Below, in pieces: positions 49,501 through 59,495 of a stretch of DNA of 64,000 nucleotides. This DNA comes from Thalia democratica. Taxonomy: Eukaryota. The first letter of the stretch is position 1. Every line of letters starts with the position of its first letter. The notes under the pieces are model-generated. The model had not been told where the DNA came from, did no database searches, and saw only the letters and a list, made by a program, of their open reading frames with translations. The stretch spans positions 12,772,001 through 12,836,000 of the forward strand of contig OZ241833.1 of the NCBI GenBank assembly GCA_965202585.1. The letters run 5' to 3'. Made by a program: the position numbers and the translations under genes.

Positions 49501-52500
49501 GACTAACTTTAATTATTTACAATTGTTCTCGTTGTTTTTAAAAAAAATGATTCAAGCTAAATGATACCTGTAAAGTTAAAAAATTTATCTTAAAATAAAT
49601 TTAGTACCCAACAATAATTTCTACTGACTCAGCTTATCTTGAAATACATATCAGTTACTAATCGTGCAAAAAATATTTCTCAGTATATTCTTTTATATAA
49701 TAATATTTAATGAATAATCACTCAAACTAGTTATATAATATAACCTTGTAAACATTGCGTACTTAGTAGTTACTTTTTGGCTTTTAACTTTTTGTTTACA
49801 ATAACTGATAGAAAAAAAAAACTAATGAATAGTATGTATTTACACAACGATTTTTAAAAAGTTCATGTTAAATTAACTAAATAATTTTTTTGGTGTTAAA
49901 AAAAGTTAGATAAAACAACAGACAATATAAATGTTATTCAAAACCAACAACTAAGAAACATAGCAAAGTTTTTTTATTCTATTAGTCCAATTAGTTTAAA
50001 GAAAAAAAACCGTGCTAAAGTGACCAACTGTAAATGTTACAATTTTTTCAACAATGTGGACATTGCTAAATAATACTCTGTACAAACAGAAAACTAACTC
50101 TTTAACTATATAAGTTTAAAACAGTATTGTGATAAACCGTTCAAACTAATTACCTACTTTAAACTCAAAGGTCAACTTTTTTATCTAGTTCTAAAAATTT
50201 ATTATTATTGATTGTTATTATATGCTTAGCAAATCAAACTTTTCACCATTATCTCAACACCACTCGTTCTATTTTCAATCTCAATTGCTTGTGAAAAGTA
50301 GTTCAGGAAACTTTTAGTTGCACCATAAATTGACATGTAAGGAATTGGTCTAAACGAACTAATTGATGAAATATTGAGTATAAGTCCTTTTTTGTTTTTC
50401 TTCATCACTGGAAGTAACATTTGTGTCATCTGTTTTTTAGTTGTTAAAATTTTGTTATGAATAAATAGATGTTTTGATTTTTGAAACTTATTGTAAATTA
50501 CTTTTGTAACATACATATGTATAATTTCTTATATAAAACAAAATCTCTTTGCAGAGATTTCAACGTTCTTAAACTAACTCTGAGTTGAGCCAGTATGTTG
50601 ACATTAACCATGTCATGACAAGCTGTAGAAAGATCATCAATCTCAGTAAACATGTCTAAACTATGCATCATTCCAACATTGTTAATTAAAATACCTATGT
50701 CAGAAAATTTAGATAAAAATTTTGAAATATTATCATACTGTTCCTTACGACTATCCTTGAAATCAACTTAAAGCGTTTCAGTTTCAACGTTATATTTTCT
50801 TTCTGTTTTTTAAGGAATTTATATTGTTTTTATAGTTTTAGTGCATTAGTTTCTGAGCCGTTTTATATCATTTATTATCACTATTTAATTTTAAATGAGC
50901 GGCTTTCCATTATTTTAAATCTAGTTAGCTTTATAAATTTTTCTTATTTGTTACAAATAGCTAAAGTTCTAAGGCGCATATGCTAACATTTACAAGTACT
51001 TAGAGTACATAAAAGTTATTAAAGTAAATTAAACAATCTTAAAAAACACTTGATAAGGTACTCTGCCACCTTCAAACCAGTTTTTCTCTAAAATAAGTTG
51101 TAAAATTGCTTTTAAATAAAATATTTTTTTATGCTCGAACAAAGTTAAAAAAAGTGTTTGTAAAATATTAAAGACTTTGAAAAGTTTCTAGTCTGTTTTA
51201 TAGAGTTCAAGCTTGATGAAAATATTTTAAGTGATTTTATACTTGTAAAGGAAAAAGGCATACGTCTTAAAATTTTTGAGTTAATTGTACGTTGTACTTT
51301 ATTGAAAAGAGTCCGTAAAATATAAGTTTAAGAAAACAAGTTAACATGCTTTACTAAAGTTTATTTTTCAATAGTCCTTTTTTACTCCATACCAAAGTGA
51401 AAAAAATTATAGCAAAGTATAGTTGTTTTTTAATACTTATAACAAATCTATTTTAATTCAGATTAAAACAATTTATCAACATTTTGAATAGTTATAATAA
51501 GATGCTTAACTTCTACCATGTTAACTTAGTGTTAAAAAACATTATTTTCAGTAAACTAACTGATTTCAGTGGCTGTTTGTTTTAGTTTAGAATTGTCTCT
51601 ACTGATGATTATTAAATTTACACCTTTTGAAGCAAGCTGTGTTTAATAAAAAATATACCTTTTAAAACGCTAAAAAAAGTTAATTAGGTTATAATTAATC
51701 ACTTTCATTTATAAACATTTAATAAATATAATTATTAAAGTAGTTTTAATAATGAAGAAAATCTATATAGTTATTTTTCTTAACTAAAAAAGATTGCTTA
51801 ATTTACTGAAATGTAAAGAGCTTATTTAAATAAAGAAGAAAATCTAAAAAAGTCTAAAAATTCCTTAAATTTTCTCAGTATTATAAAACAAAACTAAACC
51901 CGTAAGTTAATATCTTTCTTAAGATATATTCCAGATAATTTTCAAAATATATTTGAAACTTACACATACAACTTGAATGTCGTTTTCAAATTGAAACTGT
52001 TTAACTTGTATTAATACTGTAATCTTAACTTTATTAAGTATAAGTTTTAGTTGTTTAAAAGTAAAATTATTACTCAAAAAAAAAAATTTTAGAAGAGACA
52101 CATTATTTGAGTTTCATTGTTAACTATTTTTATAAAAAGTCTCTATTTAAGATTTAAAATAAAATATTGAGAATAGTTATGAGTTGCAGAGCTTTAAGTT
52201 TAACTAATTAAAATTTTACAGATTTTTTTTTACCTATCAGATTAACTTTCATAAACCATTATAAAAGCGGCAATTAGGTTAATACAAATTGTAAGTTTTT
52301 AAAACTTTTTTTTTTGAAATAATAAGAGCTTTAAAGTACAAAAACGTTTTTCAAAACTATATAGAATTTTATCATGGCATGTTAAAACGGCTAGGAGTCT
52401 AATATGCACGAAGGGATACTTTTGCAAGAAGGTTCAAATATGCACAAAGACGCTTTTGCACGAAGACACTTTTGAACGGCGTCAATTTTGCATGATGGGT

Positions 52501-55500
52501 CACTTTTGCATAATGACACTTTTGCACAAAAGGTCACTTTTGCACAAAGACACTTTTGAACGGATTGAATTTTTTTTTTAATTTCTTGTATTTTTTTTTA
52601 CTATCACTGTTACCCCAAACCCTTACCTTCGGTTTATATTGTTTTTTTTTATAAATAATTTTTTGTAAATTTATTTTTTTTTATAGTTTTTTGAATCATT
52701 AAACTTTATTAGGTTATATATATTTCTTTTGGGTAGGTGTCAAATTTGCACGAGGGGACTAAAAATCACGAAGATACTTTTGCACGCGGGGACTAAATTG
52801 CACGTATACAATTTTGCACGGAGACCTTTTGCACAGGTTGAACTTTTTATTTTTTTTATTAATTTAGTTTTTTGTTTATTTTATTTTACTATTACTGTTA
52901 TTCCTAACTCAGAGATCGGTAAACTGCGGCCCGCGGACCAAAAGCGGCCCTTTAAGTCAAAATATGCGGCCCGCGAGCTTCTTTTTAGCCAAAAATATAT
53001 TTTTTTAAAACAAAAAAAATTAAAGGTTTCGTAATAAAAATTTACAGTTAGGCTTGTAATTTAATAAATACTGTTTATTAGTGCTCTAATATTGCTTAAT
53101 TTATTATATCTTTGATTTCAAATAAAACTTTTTACTGACAACTTTAACTTTTTTCTAATAAATGCGGCCTTCAAAGCTTTTTTTTCTAAATAGTGCGGCC
53201 CCTGAGCAATTTTTCTTAGAAAAATACATAGGTTATATACATAAGGCTGCCGACCCCTGTCCTAACCTTTACTTTCGGTTGGTAGCTTTTTTTTTTTCTT
53301 TTAATTAATTTGTTTTTATTTAATTTTGAAAACTTTATGGAAAGCTATGATTCCACAAAAAAATCTCAACTGAATAGAGCAAACAAACATTAATTAGACA
53401 ATTTGAAATTGAGAATTATAGTCACTTTATAGAGTTTTTAAATCGTTATCATTGCATTCGCATGAAACACTGTGTAGAATAAAAACTTTCAATTTGAAAT
53501 TGTCTAATTAATGTTTGTTTTTATTTATTCTTTTTTTTTTATTAATAATAATTTTTTAAGTTTTTTATTTTTAGTTTTACTATCACTCTTACACCTAACT
53601 CTTACCCTCGGTCGGTAACTTTTTTTTCTTTTTTGTTTTTTTTTTAGTTTGTTATTTTATTACTTTTTTTATTGTTTTGTTATTTTTTCTTTATTTTTTT
53701 TTACTTTACTGTTACCCCTAACCCTTACCTTCGATCAGGTAACTTTTTTTTTCACAACTTATTTATTTTATTTTTTTTACTCTCGTGCAAAATTGACCCC
53801 TCATTAAAAAGTAACCCTTCGTAGTTTCTTCGTGCACAAATGTCTTCGTGCATATTAGACCCGTTCCCTGTTAGAACAACTTTATAATTTTTTAGAGCGG
53901 AAAGATATATTTTACAAGTGCACAAATATAACTTATGAAAAATAAAACATTTATAAAAACCTATTAAATAAAAAAAAAGTAGTTAGTTTCAAAAATAAAC
54001 GTTTTTTTACGTTTAAAGGTTGTAGTTTGTTTAAATTTCAGTTTTAAAACATTCACGAAGCTTTAAAATATAAAATTACTTTAAAAACTTAACATTTTTA
54101 TTTTTCAGATGGGTTATGTTAAAACAGCTTTGTAATCTTTTAAATCAAATAGATACATTTAGGTTACAAAAGTAGAAGTATAGATTTTTCAAGTAAAACA
54201 ACCATTTTAAAAGTCTTTATTTAAAAATAATTGGTAAAAAAATAACAATTGAGAGGTAAGTTAACTTTAAAAACTAGCTTAAACACAAACACCATCAACA
54301 AAAAAATCGGCGAAAGTCTACAGAGCAGAAGCCTGGACTTTCGTTTGCCGTGAGACAAGCTCAGGTTTAAAAAAGCGTTAACCATGCCAGTTCGATCATC
54401 AGACCACAAGCTTCCGGTAGACTGAGACAGGTTTCGTCTTTATTAAGACTCATCAGTCAGTCACAACCGAAAAACTTTCAGTTGCCAATCTACAAACGGT
54501 TTATCATGCTTTCACATGAAGAAACTATTTGCTGGTACTAATTAGAAAACTATAATAAAATAACTGCAAATTATTTTCTCAAGCCCTGTAAATTACTTTG
54601 AACACAGCCCAAAAGTATGTGCCTAAGAAGTACTAGTCTAATTTACACTTTAAACACAACTTTTTTGCTCAAAAGTTCGTTTTCAAGAAAAAAATTACCG
54701 TATAAAATCATGGAGGGCGATTTGTTAAAGTTTATGAAAAGGGGGCGACTTAGTGAATTAGTTTTGGAAATCCTGGTATAGACTGAAGACTGCAAGTTTT
54801 TCGTTTGAAACTAACTGATGAGTCCTAATAAAGACGAAAGTGGTCGCAGTCTACCGAAGGCTTGTGGTCTGATGATCGAATTGGCATGATCAACCCTTTA
54901 ACTACTACAACAAATAAAAATATTTTAGCATGAAATTTTTTTTTTTAATTTGACTGTGATTAAAATAACAATAATAATATCTAAAAGATTCAAATTTTTA
55001 TTTAAGTAGATAAAAAAGATGTTTATTATTTACATAAGTAGTGCTTAAGCTAAGTAACAACTATTCTGTAGAGAAAAAAATTATTCGACTACTGTTGTTT
55101 CTCTTGTCAAAAAATATGAACACTATTCAGCTTATTTACCATCTATACAAAGTCTACAATATCAACTATAAAGGTGTAAATATCTATAGTTAGAAACATA
55201 GCTTAACATATTAATTTTAATTTTTTTCAACTGAAAATTTTTTACCAACACATTCAAATAAATAAAGATGTGTAAATTGAAAATATTATTTACAACCAGG
55301 TTTCGGTGACAAAAAAATTGCGACCTTTTCAAGATTGTCACCGTATTTTTTTTGTCACCGAAACCTGGTTGTAAATAAAATATTCAGTTTGCACATCTTC
55401 ATTTGAATAAGCTCTTTACATTTCAGTAAATTAAGCAATCTTTTTTAGTTAAGATAAGTAACTATGTACCAACACATTCAAAAATTATACAGATAGTGGA

Positions 55501-58500
55501 TAGTGGCATTATGGATAACCCTCTGCCAAAACTTTTTTATTTTTTAAAGTTACCTGCTTTATACAATCGATGGTAGACCTATTTATACCTAAAGCTATGT
55601 AGACGTTCTTCCAAGATGTTAATTTAAAAAATTTATAATGACTTTTTTTTTTAATTTTCATGTAAACTTAATAACTTACACAGCTTCTATTATATGAACG
55701 TAGAATCGAGTTGAAATAAATTAAATGTTTGATTGAAAAGTTTAACTAAGAAAAGTTATACCATCTGAGTTTAAAAATTAGTTACTTAGTTACTTGTAGC
55801 TTATTTCTAGATTTTCAAGTAAATAAAAAATTCATCGTACTTATTTACAGCTAATGTAAATAATCTTGTCTAAAAACATTAGTTAATGTAAAGAAATTTG
55901 ATAGTTACACTAAAAATTTACAGAAATAATTAATCAGTTTAAGTTGTAAATTACGTAACTAATAACTCTGTAAGCTAAAATAAAAACAAGCAGTAACAAA
56001 GGAAAACTAAACTATAAAACCATTATAAAAGTAAAATATATTAGAAAATAGAAAATTGTTTACAAAAATAAAATCTATAAATTGCTCTCAGAACATTTAA
56101 AAAAACTAGAAATAAAATTTACAGCAACAAACTAGGTAAATACTTCAACATAAAGGATTAAATATTACACGAGCTGAAATGTTATTTAGTCTATAAGTTT
56201 AAGTGTTTTGAAGAAAAAGGCGTTTAGTATAATAAAATTACTTTTTAATTATTACCTGAACGATTAAATAACACAATATTTACAAAACAACAAATATTTA
56301 TAATATGGAAAATTGTAAGGTTATTAAAATATACATAATTTAATAGTTTTTGATATATCGCTTATACATTATACTACATTTTATAACCTTATAAAACAAC
56401 TATTTCTGCAATTACCTTTGTATATTCTAAATAATATTTGCAGCTACCTTTATTTCAGTTAAACTTGAAGTTGAAAATTATTATTTATTTTAATAAATTT
56501 TTTAATCACAGTCAAATTTATAAAATTATTAGTTAGTATTGTTATTTTTTTAGTTACAGTAGTCTACTTTCTGTGATTGAAAATTAATGAGGGAAAGTTG
56601 CAAGTAAACGACGGCATGAAAAAAACTTTGTAACTTTTTGTTTTTAAACTGATTCTCAATTACTTTTGAATTGTAAAACAGAAGTTGTAAACGTTATTTT
56701 AAGGTTTAGGTACACTTATACGTTAGTTAGAATGTATTAACTACTTAAGTACTTAAAAAACCGAAATAATATTGTACAGTAGACTACCGCTTAAGTACGC
56801 ACTTTTTTTGGTACGCACCTCACCTTAAGTACGCACTTACCTAGAAAGACAAAAAAATTCTAAATTTTCTTAGACTTAGATTTTTTCTAAAGATTTGTTC
56901 CATAGAGTCATTTTCTGACGCTTTCAATCCATTTTTCTAAATTTCTCTAAACTTTTCTAAAATTTATAAAAAATTTTTATTCAAAAACTTTTAGAATATC
57001 TGCAATAGAAAGGCTAATTTAAATGTGACATAATACAAAACTAGTTAACCACAAAAACTAGTTACAATTTTTATAAAGTCAAAATAAACATATAAAAAAA
57101 AGAAACAACAACAAAAAACTAAGTTTAAAAAAAGTTAATAAGCACCTTATCATTGTGCACTTATACTATAAATGTTTCTACTGATATAAAATTTCTTACA
57201 AAAACAGTCCTGAAACGTTTTTCTTTCAAATAAAATAAAATCAAGGTTTTTTTAGCTAACGGAAAAATATAATAAATGTATTAACTAAACTAAACTTAGC
57301 TTGACTAGCATTATGTAGAAACTTTTTATAGAAAAAATAAATCATTTTAAAATCTAATAAAAAATTTTGCAGATTAGAATTATGTATCAAATGCTATTTA
57401 AAATAAAAAGACTTGTTTATTTGGCTTAATTATTTGGTGGCTAGTTGTAAAGAGAAAACAAATAACTAAATTTCATATTATACTATGTCGTCAAAAAGTA
57501 CGCACTACCCGTGCTAAGTACGCACTTTTTGGTCGGGTTCAATTTGCGTACTTAAGCGGTAGTCTACTGTAATTTAAAAATAAGTATAACAGACAAAACT
57601 TTATTTTTGCTTTGCAATTACTTTCAAACAAACTAAGTATCAGTGAGGCTCTATATAGACTATGGAAATTATTTTATGTTTTATGTCCATTTCCAACTAA
57701 CTCTATTCTTTAGAAAATCACTTGTTGCTTTTTTATTTAAAGTAACAAAAGTATTAAACACTTTGTAATATTTTTTAGTCTTTAATTTAAAAATATTTAC
57801 TTAGAAACTTTAATAATCTTATTTCAAACAATTGTAACATATAAACTTAGAAAAGTATAATAGAACTTTAATAATAATTACAAATTTATGTTATAGTGCA
57901 ATAGATTGTGCATAACTAATTGAAACAATTTACTTGATGTGCTATAGCTTTTCCAATTCCATTTGTTCCGCCAGTGACAACTAAAGTTTTAAATTAAATT
58001 ACTTTAAATATTTACACTTGTATCAGATGTCCACTTGTTTTATCAATTAGTCAATGTATTAGAAAAATCGATCTTAAAATCATTTAAGTGTATATAATAT
58101 AAAAGAAAAAATCAGTTTTATTCATAGTTAAAAACTTTAAAACAAAACAAATCATTATGAATTTATATCAAAAAAAAGAAAGTTTAAGATATAAAAGTTT
58201 TATTTATTTTATCTGAAAAGTAGTTATAACTTAGCGAGTATTTATTTCTATTTATAAATTTTATTTAGATTCTTTACTAGTATATAAATTTTACAAGTCT
58301 TTTAATCAAAAAAACAGAGTACTCAATTGAAAACGAACAAGCTACTATATTTATGATATAGGAGGCTGTAGAAAATAAAATATTCTAATGTAAATTCGTT
58401 TATTTTCTTAAATCGGTGTTAAAATTAAGCTATATTTTAAACATAACGTCTTACCTGCCCAACTTCCATACTTTTTAAATTCAACGTAACTTTTGAAGCC

Positions 58501-58617
58501 GAAAGTTAGTAACAAATAAAATATATACTTGAGTATGCGGTAAAAATAAAACAACAAATATACTCCTCCAACAACAGAAAGAACAAACTTTGATTGTTCA
58601 AAATCTGAAAGTTTCAT
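40499..58617 (-). CDS. HSD17B12: HSD17B12/KAR-like very-long-chain 3-oxoacyl-CoA reductase (SDR), 7 exons, ~314 codons, in-frame TAA at codon 107 (possible pseudogene or alternatively spliced)
   Basis: Exons 58617-58455, 57980-57934, 51636-51561, 50802-50579, 50429-50247, 40964-40812 and 40597-40499 total 945 nt and are phase-consistent. N-terminal TM segment, WAVVTGGTNGIGK, LINNVG, NISS, YGATK, P.FV.T.M, and C-terminal KxKxx. The symbol means family-level similarity. Confidence 0.85.
40812..40964 (-). CDS. SDR exon 6
   Basis: SIKPSFVITNMT...VSSEHFAKSALATVGKQITATFGCFVHELH; donor GTTAGT. Confidence 0.85.
41590..42875 (-). mobile_element. 5'-truncated, degenerate RTE-clade LINE (RT + C-terminal region)
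   Basis: ESQCGF, IAFVDLIKAFD, KQGCVLA, LLADDAAL, STLLYGSEAW, QRRLRWLGQVLRM, GKRNRDRPKLRFKDVCKRDLK. Confidence 0.9.
44225..46640 (-). mobile_element. Degenerate Gypsy-type (or Ginger) integrase / pol remnant
   Basis: QTRAK linker; zinc-binding AH...LG...FWWPKL...CATCQQTK; core HLDLIG, SDNG, NGYVERENRT; GPY motif KLYEGPYKVV; C-terminal VSIRNVKAY...YNLRP. Many stops and frameshifts; small 15-bp direct duplication at 45413-45427 / 45444-45458. Confidence 0.85.
44419..44964. mobile_element. Solo-LTR-like insertion interrupting the integrase C-terminus
   Basis: TGTC...GACA termini; removing it rejoins the reading frame (AYAVI|SKSTEHSLY); no clear TSD. Confidence 0.5.
46620..47620 (+). mobile_element. 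Degenerate Penelope-like GIY-YIG + 3' UTR / pseudo-LTR
   Basis: LCICPTKNKCPLNNK...AIYKA...GTFKKRWY...EISKYIWKLK...SICIL...NKRYEL..SCPH, followed by a hammerhead and AATAAA. Confidence 0.8.
47543..47577 (+). ncRNA. Minimal type I hammerhead ribozyme
   Basis: GCA-CTGACGA-GGTC-TTT-GACC-GAAA-CTTAGT-T-TGC. Confidence 0.8.
47625..47691. repeat. Near-perfect 67-nt hairpin
   Basis: AGTTCTACGGAGTTTTCATA / TATGAAAACTCTGTAGAACT arms enclosing the palindrome ATAGTAGTACTACTAT. Confidence 0.8.
48724..48906 (-). CDS. Duplicated SDR exon 5 (contains YGATK)
   Basis: Copy of 50247-50429 with both splice sites intact. Confidence 0.75.
49056..49267 (-). pseudogene. Duplicated partial SDR exon 4 lacking its normal acceptor
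   Basis: Copy of 50579-50790, including the TAA (49245-49247). Confidence 0.75.
50247..50429 (-). CDS. SDR exon 5
   Basis: MTQMLLPVMKKNKKGLILNISSISSFRPIPYMSIYGATKSFLNYFSQAIEIENRTSGVEIM; donor GTGAAA. Confidence 0.9.
50579..50802 (-). CDS. SDR exon 4 with in-frame TAA (50768-50770)
   Basis: KRKYNVETETL*VDFKD...IGILINNVGM...NVNILAQLR; donor GTTAGT. Confidence 0.85.
51561..51636 (-). CDS. SDR exon 3
   Basis: LASKGVNLIIISRDNSKLKQTATEI. Confidence 0.9.
52389..53868. mobile_element. Mutator-like (MULE) composite MITE
   Basis: Terminal GTCTAATATGCACGAAG / CTTCGTGCATATTAGAC; 9-bp flanks TGTTAAAAC / TGTTAGAAC (8/9); ~17-bp TTTTGCAC subterminal repeats; an extra internal TIR at 52731. Confidence 0.8.
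52910..53259. mobile_element. hAT (Buster/Charlie-type) MITE nested in the MULE
   Basis: CAGAGATCGGTAA ... CTGCCGACCCCTG; 8-bp TSD TCCTAACT / TCCTAACC with central TA; GCGGCCCGCG subterminal motifs. Confidence 0.85.
54301..54480 (-). mobile_element. Hammerhead-bearing short element, full copy
   Basis: Reverse complement aligns along its length with 17405-17582. Confidence 0.85.
54420..54462 (-). ncRNA. Minimal type I hammerhead ribozyme
   Basis: GACTGA-CTGATGA-GTCT-TAATAA-AGAC-GAAA-CCTGT-C-TCAGTC. Confidence 0.85.
54790..54897 (+). mobile_element. 3'-truncated hammerhead-bearing short element with degenerate ribozyme (54809-54851)
   Basis: CTGATGA-GTCC-TAATAA-AGAC-GAAA-GTGGT-C-GCAGTC followed by TACCGAAGGCTTGTGGTCTGATGATCGAATTGGCATGATCAACCC. 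Confidence 0.75.
55253..55407. mobile_element. Small palindromic element; core 55293-55371 is a TA-flanked mini-MITE
   Basis: 31-bp perfect arms TATTTACAACCAGGTTTCGGTGACAAAAAAA (55287-55317) and 55347-55377, with imperfect outer arms. Confidence 0.75.
56777..57569. mobile_element. pogo/Tigger-like MITE
   Basis: 25-bp TIR CAGTAGACTACCGCTTAAGTACGCA; TA on both flanks; AAGTACGCAC subterminal repeats. Confidence 0.92.
57934..57980 (-). CDS. SDR exon 2 (TGxxxGIG NAD(P)-binding motif)
   Basis: VVTGGTNGIGKAIAHQ. Confidence 0.92.
58455..58617 (-). CDS. SDR exon 1 (N-terminal hydrophobic segment)
   Basis: MKLSDFEQSKFVLSVVGGVYLLFYFYRILKY...KKYGSWA; phase-1 donor GTAAGA. Confidence 0.88.
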
Positions 58618-59495
58618 ATTTACAAATACTAATTGTTTTCAGTATCTAAAAGTTAATACTCGACTACTAAGTACAAATTATTTACAATCGAACTTTCTTT
58701 CAGTATTACTTTGGTAGTTAATTTTTAATTAAATTTACGACTATACCTCAAAAGACTTTGTATAAACAAAGTCTGTTTGAAATGTAAATAAGTTTAACTT
58801 TGTTAGCTTAGTTTAACCTCTAACAAGTTTTAAAGTAAAAAACTATATAAAAAAAATTTGTAAAAAGTTTTTTATCTAACACAAATATGAAATAAAAAGA
58901 AGATTAATGATTATTATACATGAGAAACTTTTTGAGTAAAAATAAGTAGCACAATAATGTAATAAAGTTGTTATGACAAGTTGTAACCTTTTTAGATTGT
59001 TTGTTTTTCTTTAGAAAATTTTTGTTATGCTTTACTCTAACTTGGTTTGGAGGTTATTGTTAGCAATATAAAAAAAAATTTAAACAATAATTACTAATAA
59101 TTAGACAACTTAAAGTTTTATTTAATTTTTATCTGAAACGATTTACTATTATATATTTATGTTAAATAGATACACAATGCGTTCTAATTTTATATAGTCA
59201 AACTATTTACTTTAAACAAATTAAAAAGCAATAACTTAAATTATTAGCAAGCGAAATAAAACATTAGACACTAGTAAATTTATTGAAATTGACAAATTAA
59301 AACAAGTTTTAGTTAATACGCCACGATATGAAATTTTGCAAAATTTTAAGAATTCGCTAAATAAAATTCATTTTGTATTGATTTAGTTGCAAGTAGCCCC
59401 GAAACATTTGGCAGCAAAATCGAAAATAGTGGTTTTTATCTTAATATGTGATTACAAATTTAAACAGTACTCTTTTTTTTATTATACTAAACATG

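Larger units (their letters stand above)
47745..50790. repeat. 1523-bp tandem duplication (units 47745-49267 and 49268-50790)
   Basis: Identical ORFs 48703-48993 and 50226-50516. Units appear identical by eye except ACAACAT vs TCAACGT at the junction. Confidence 0.95.
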
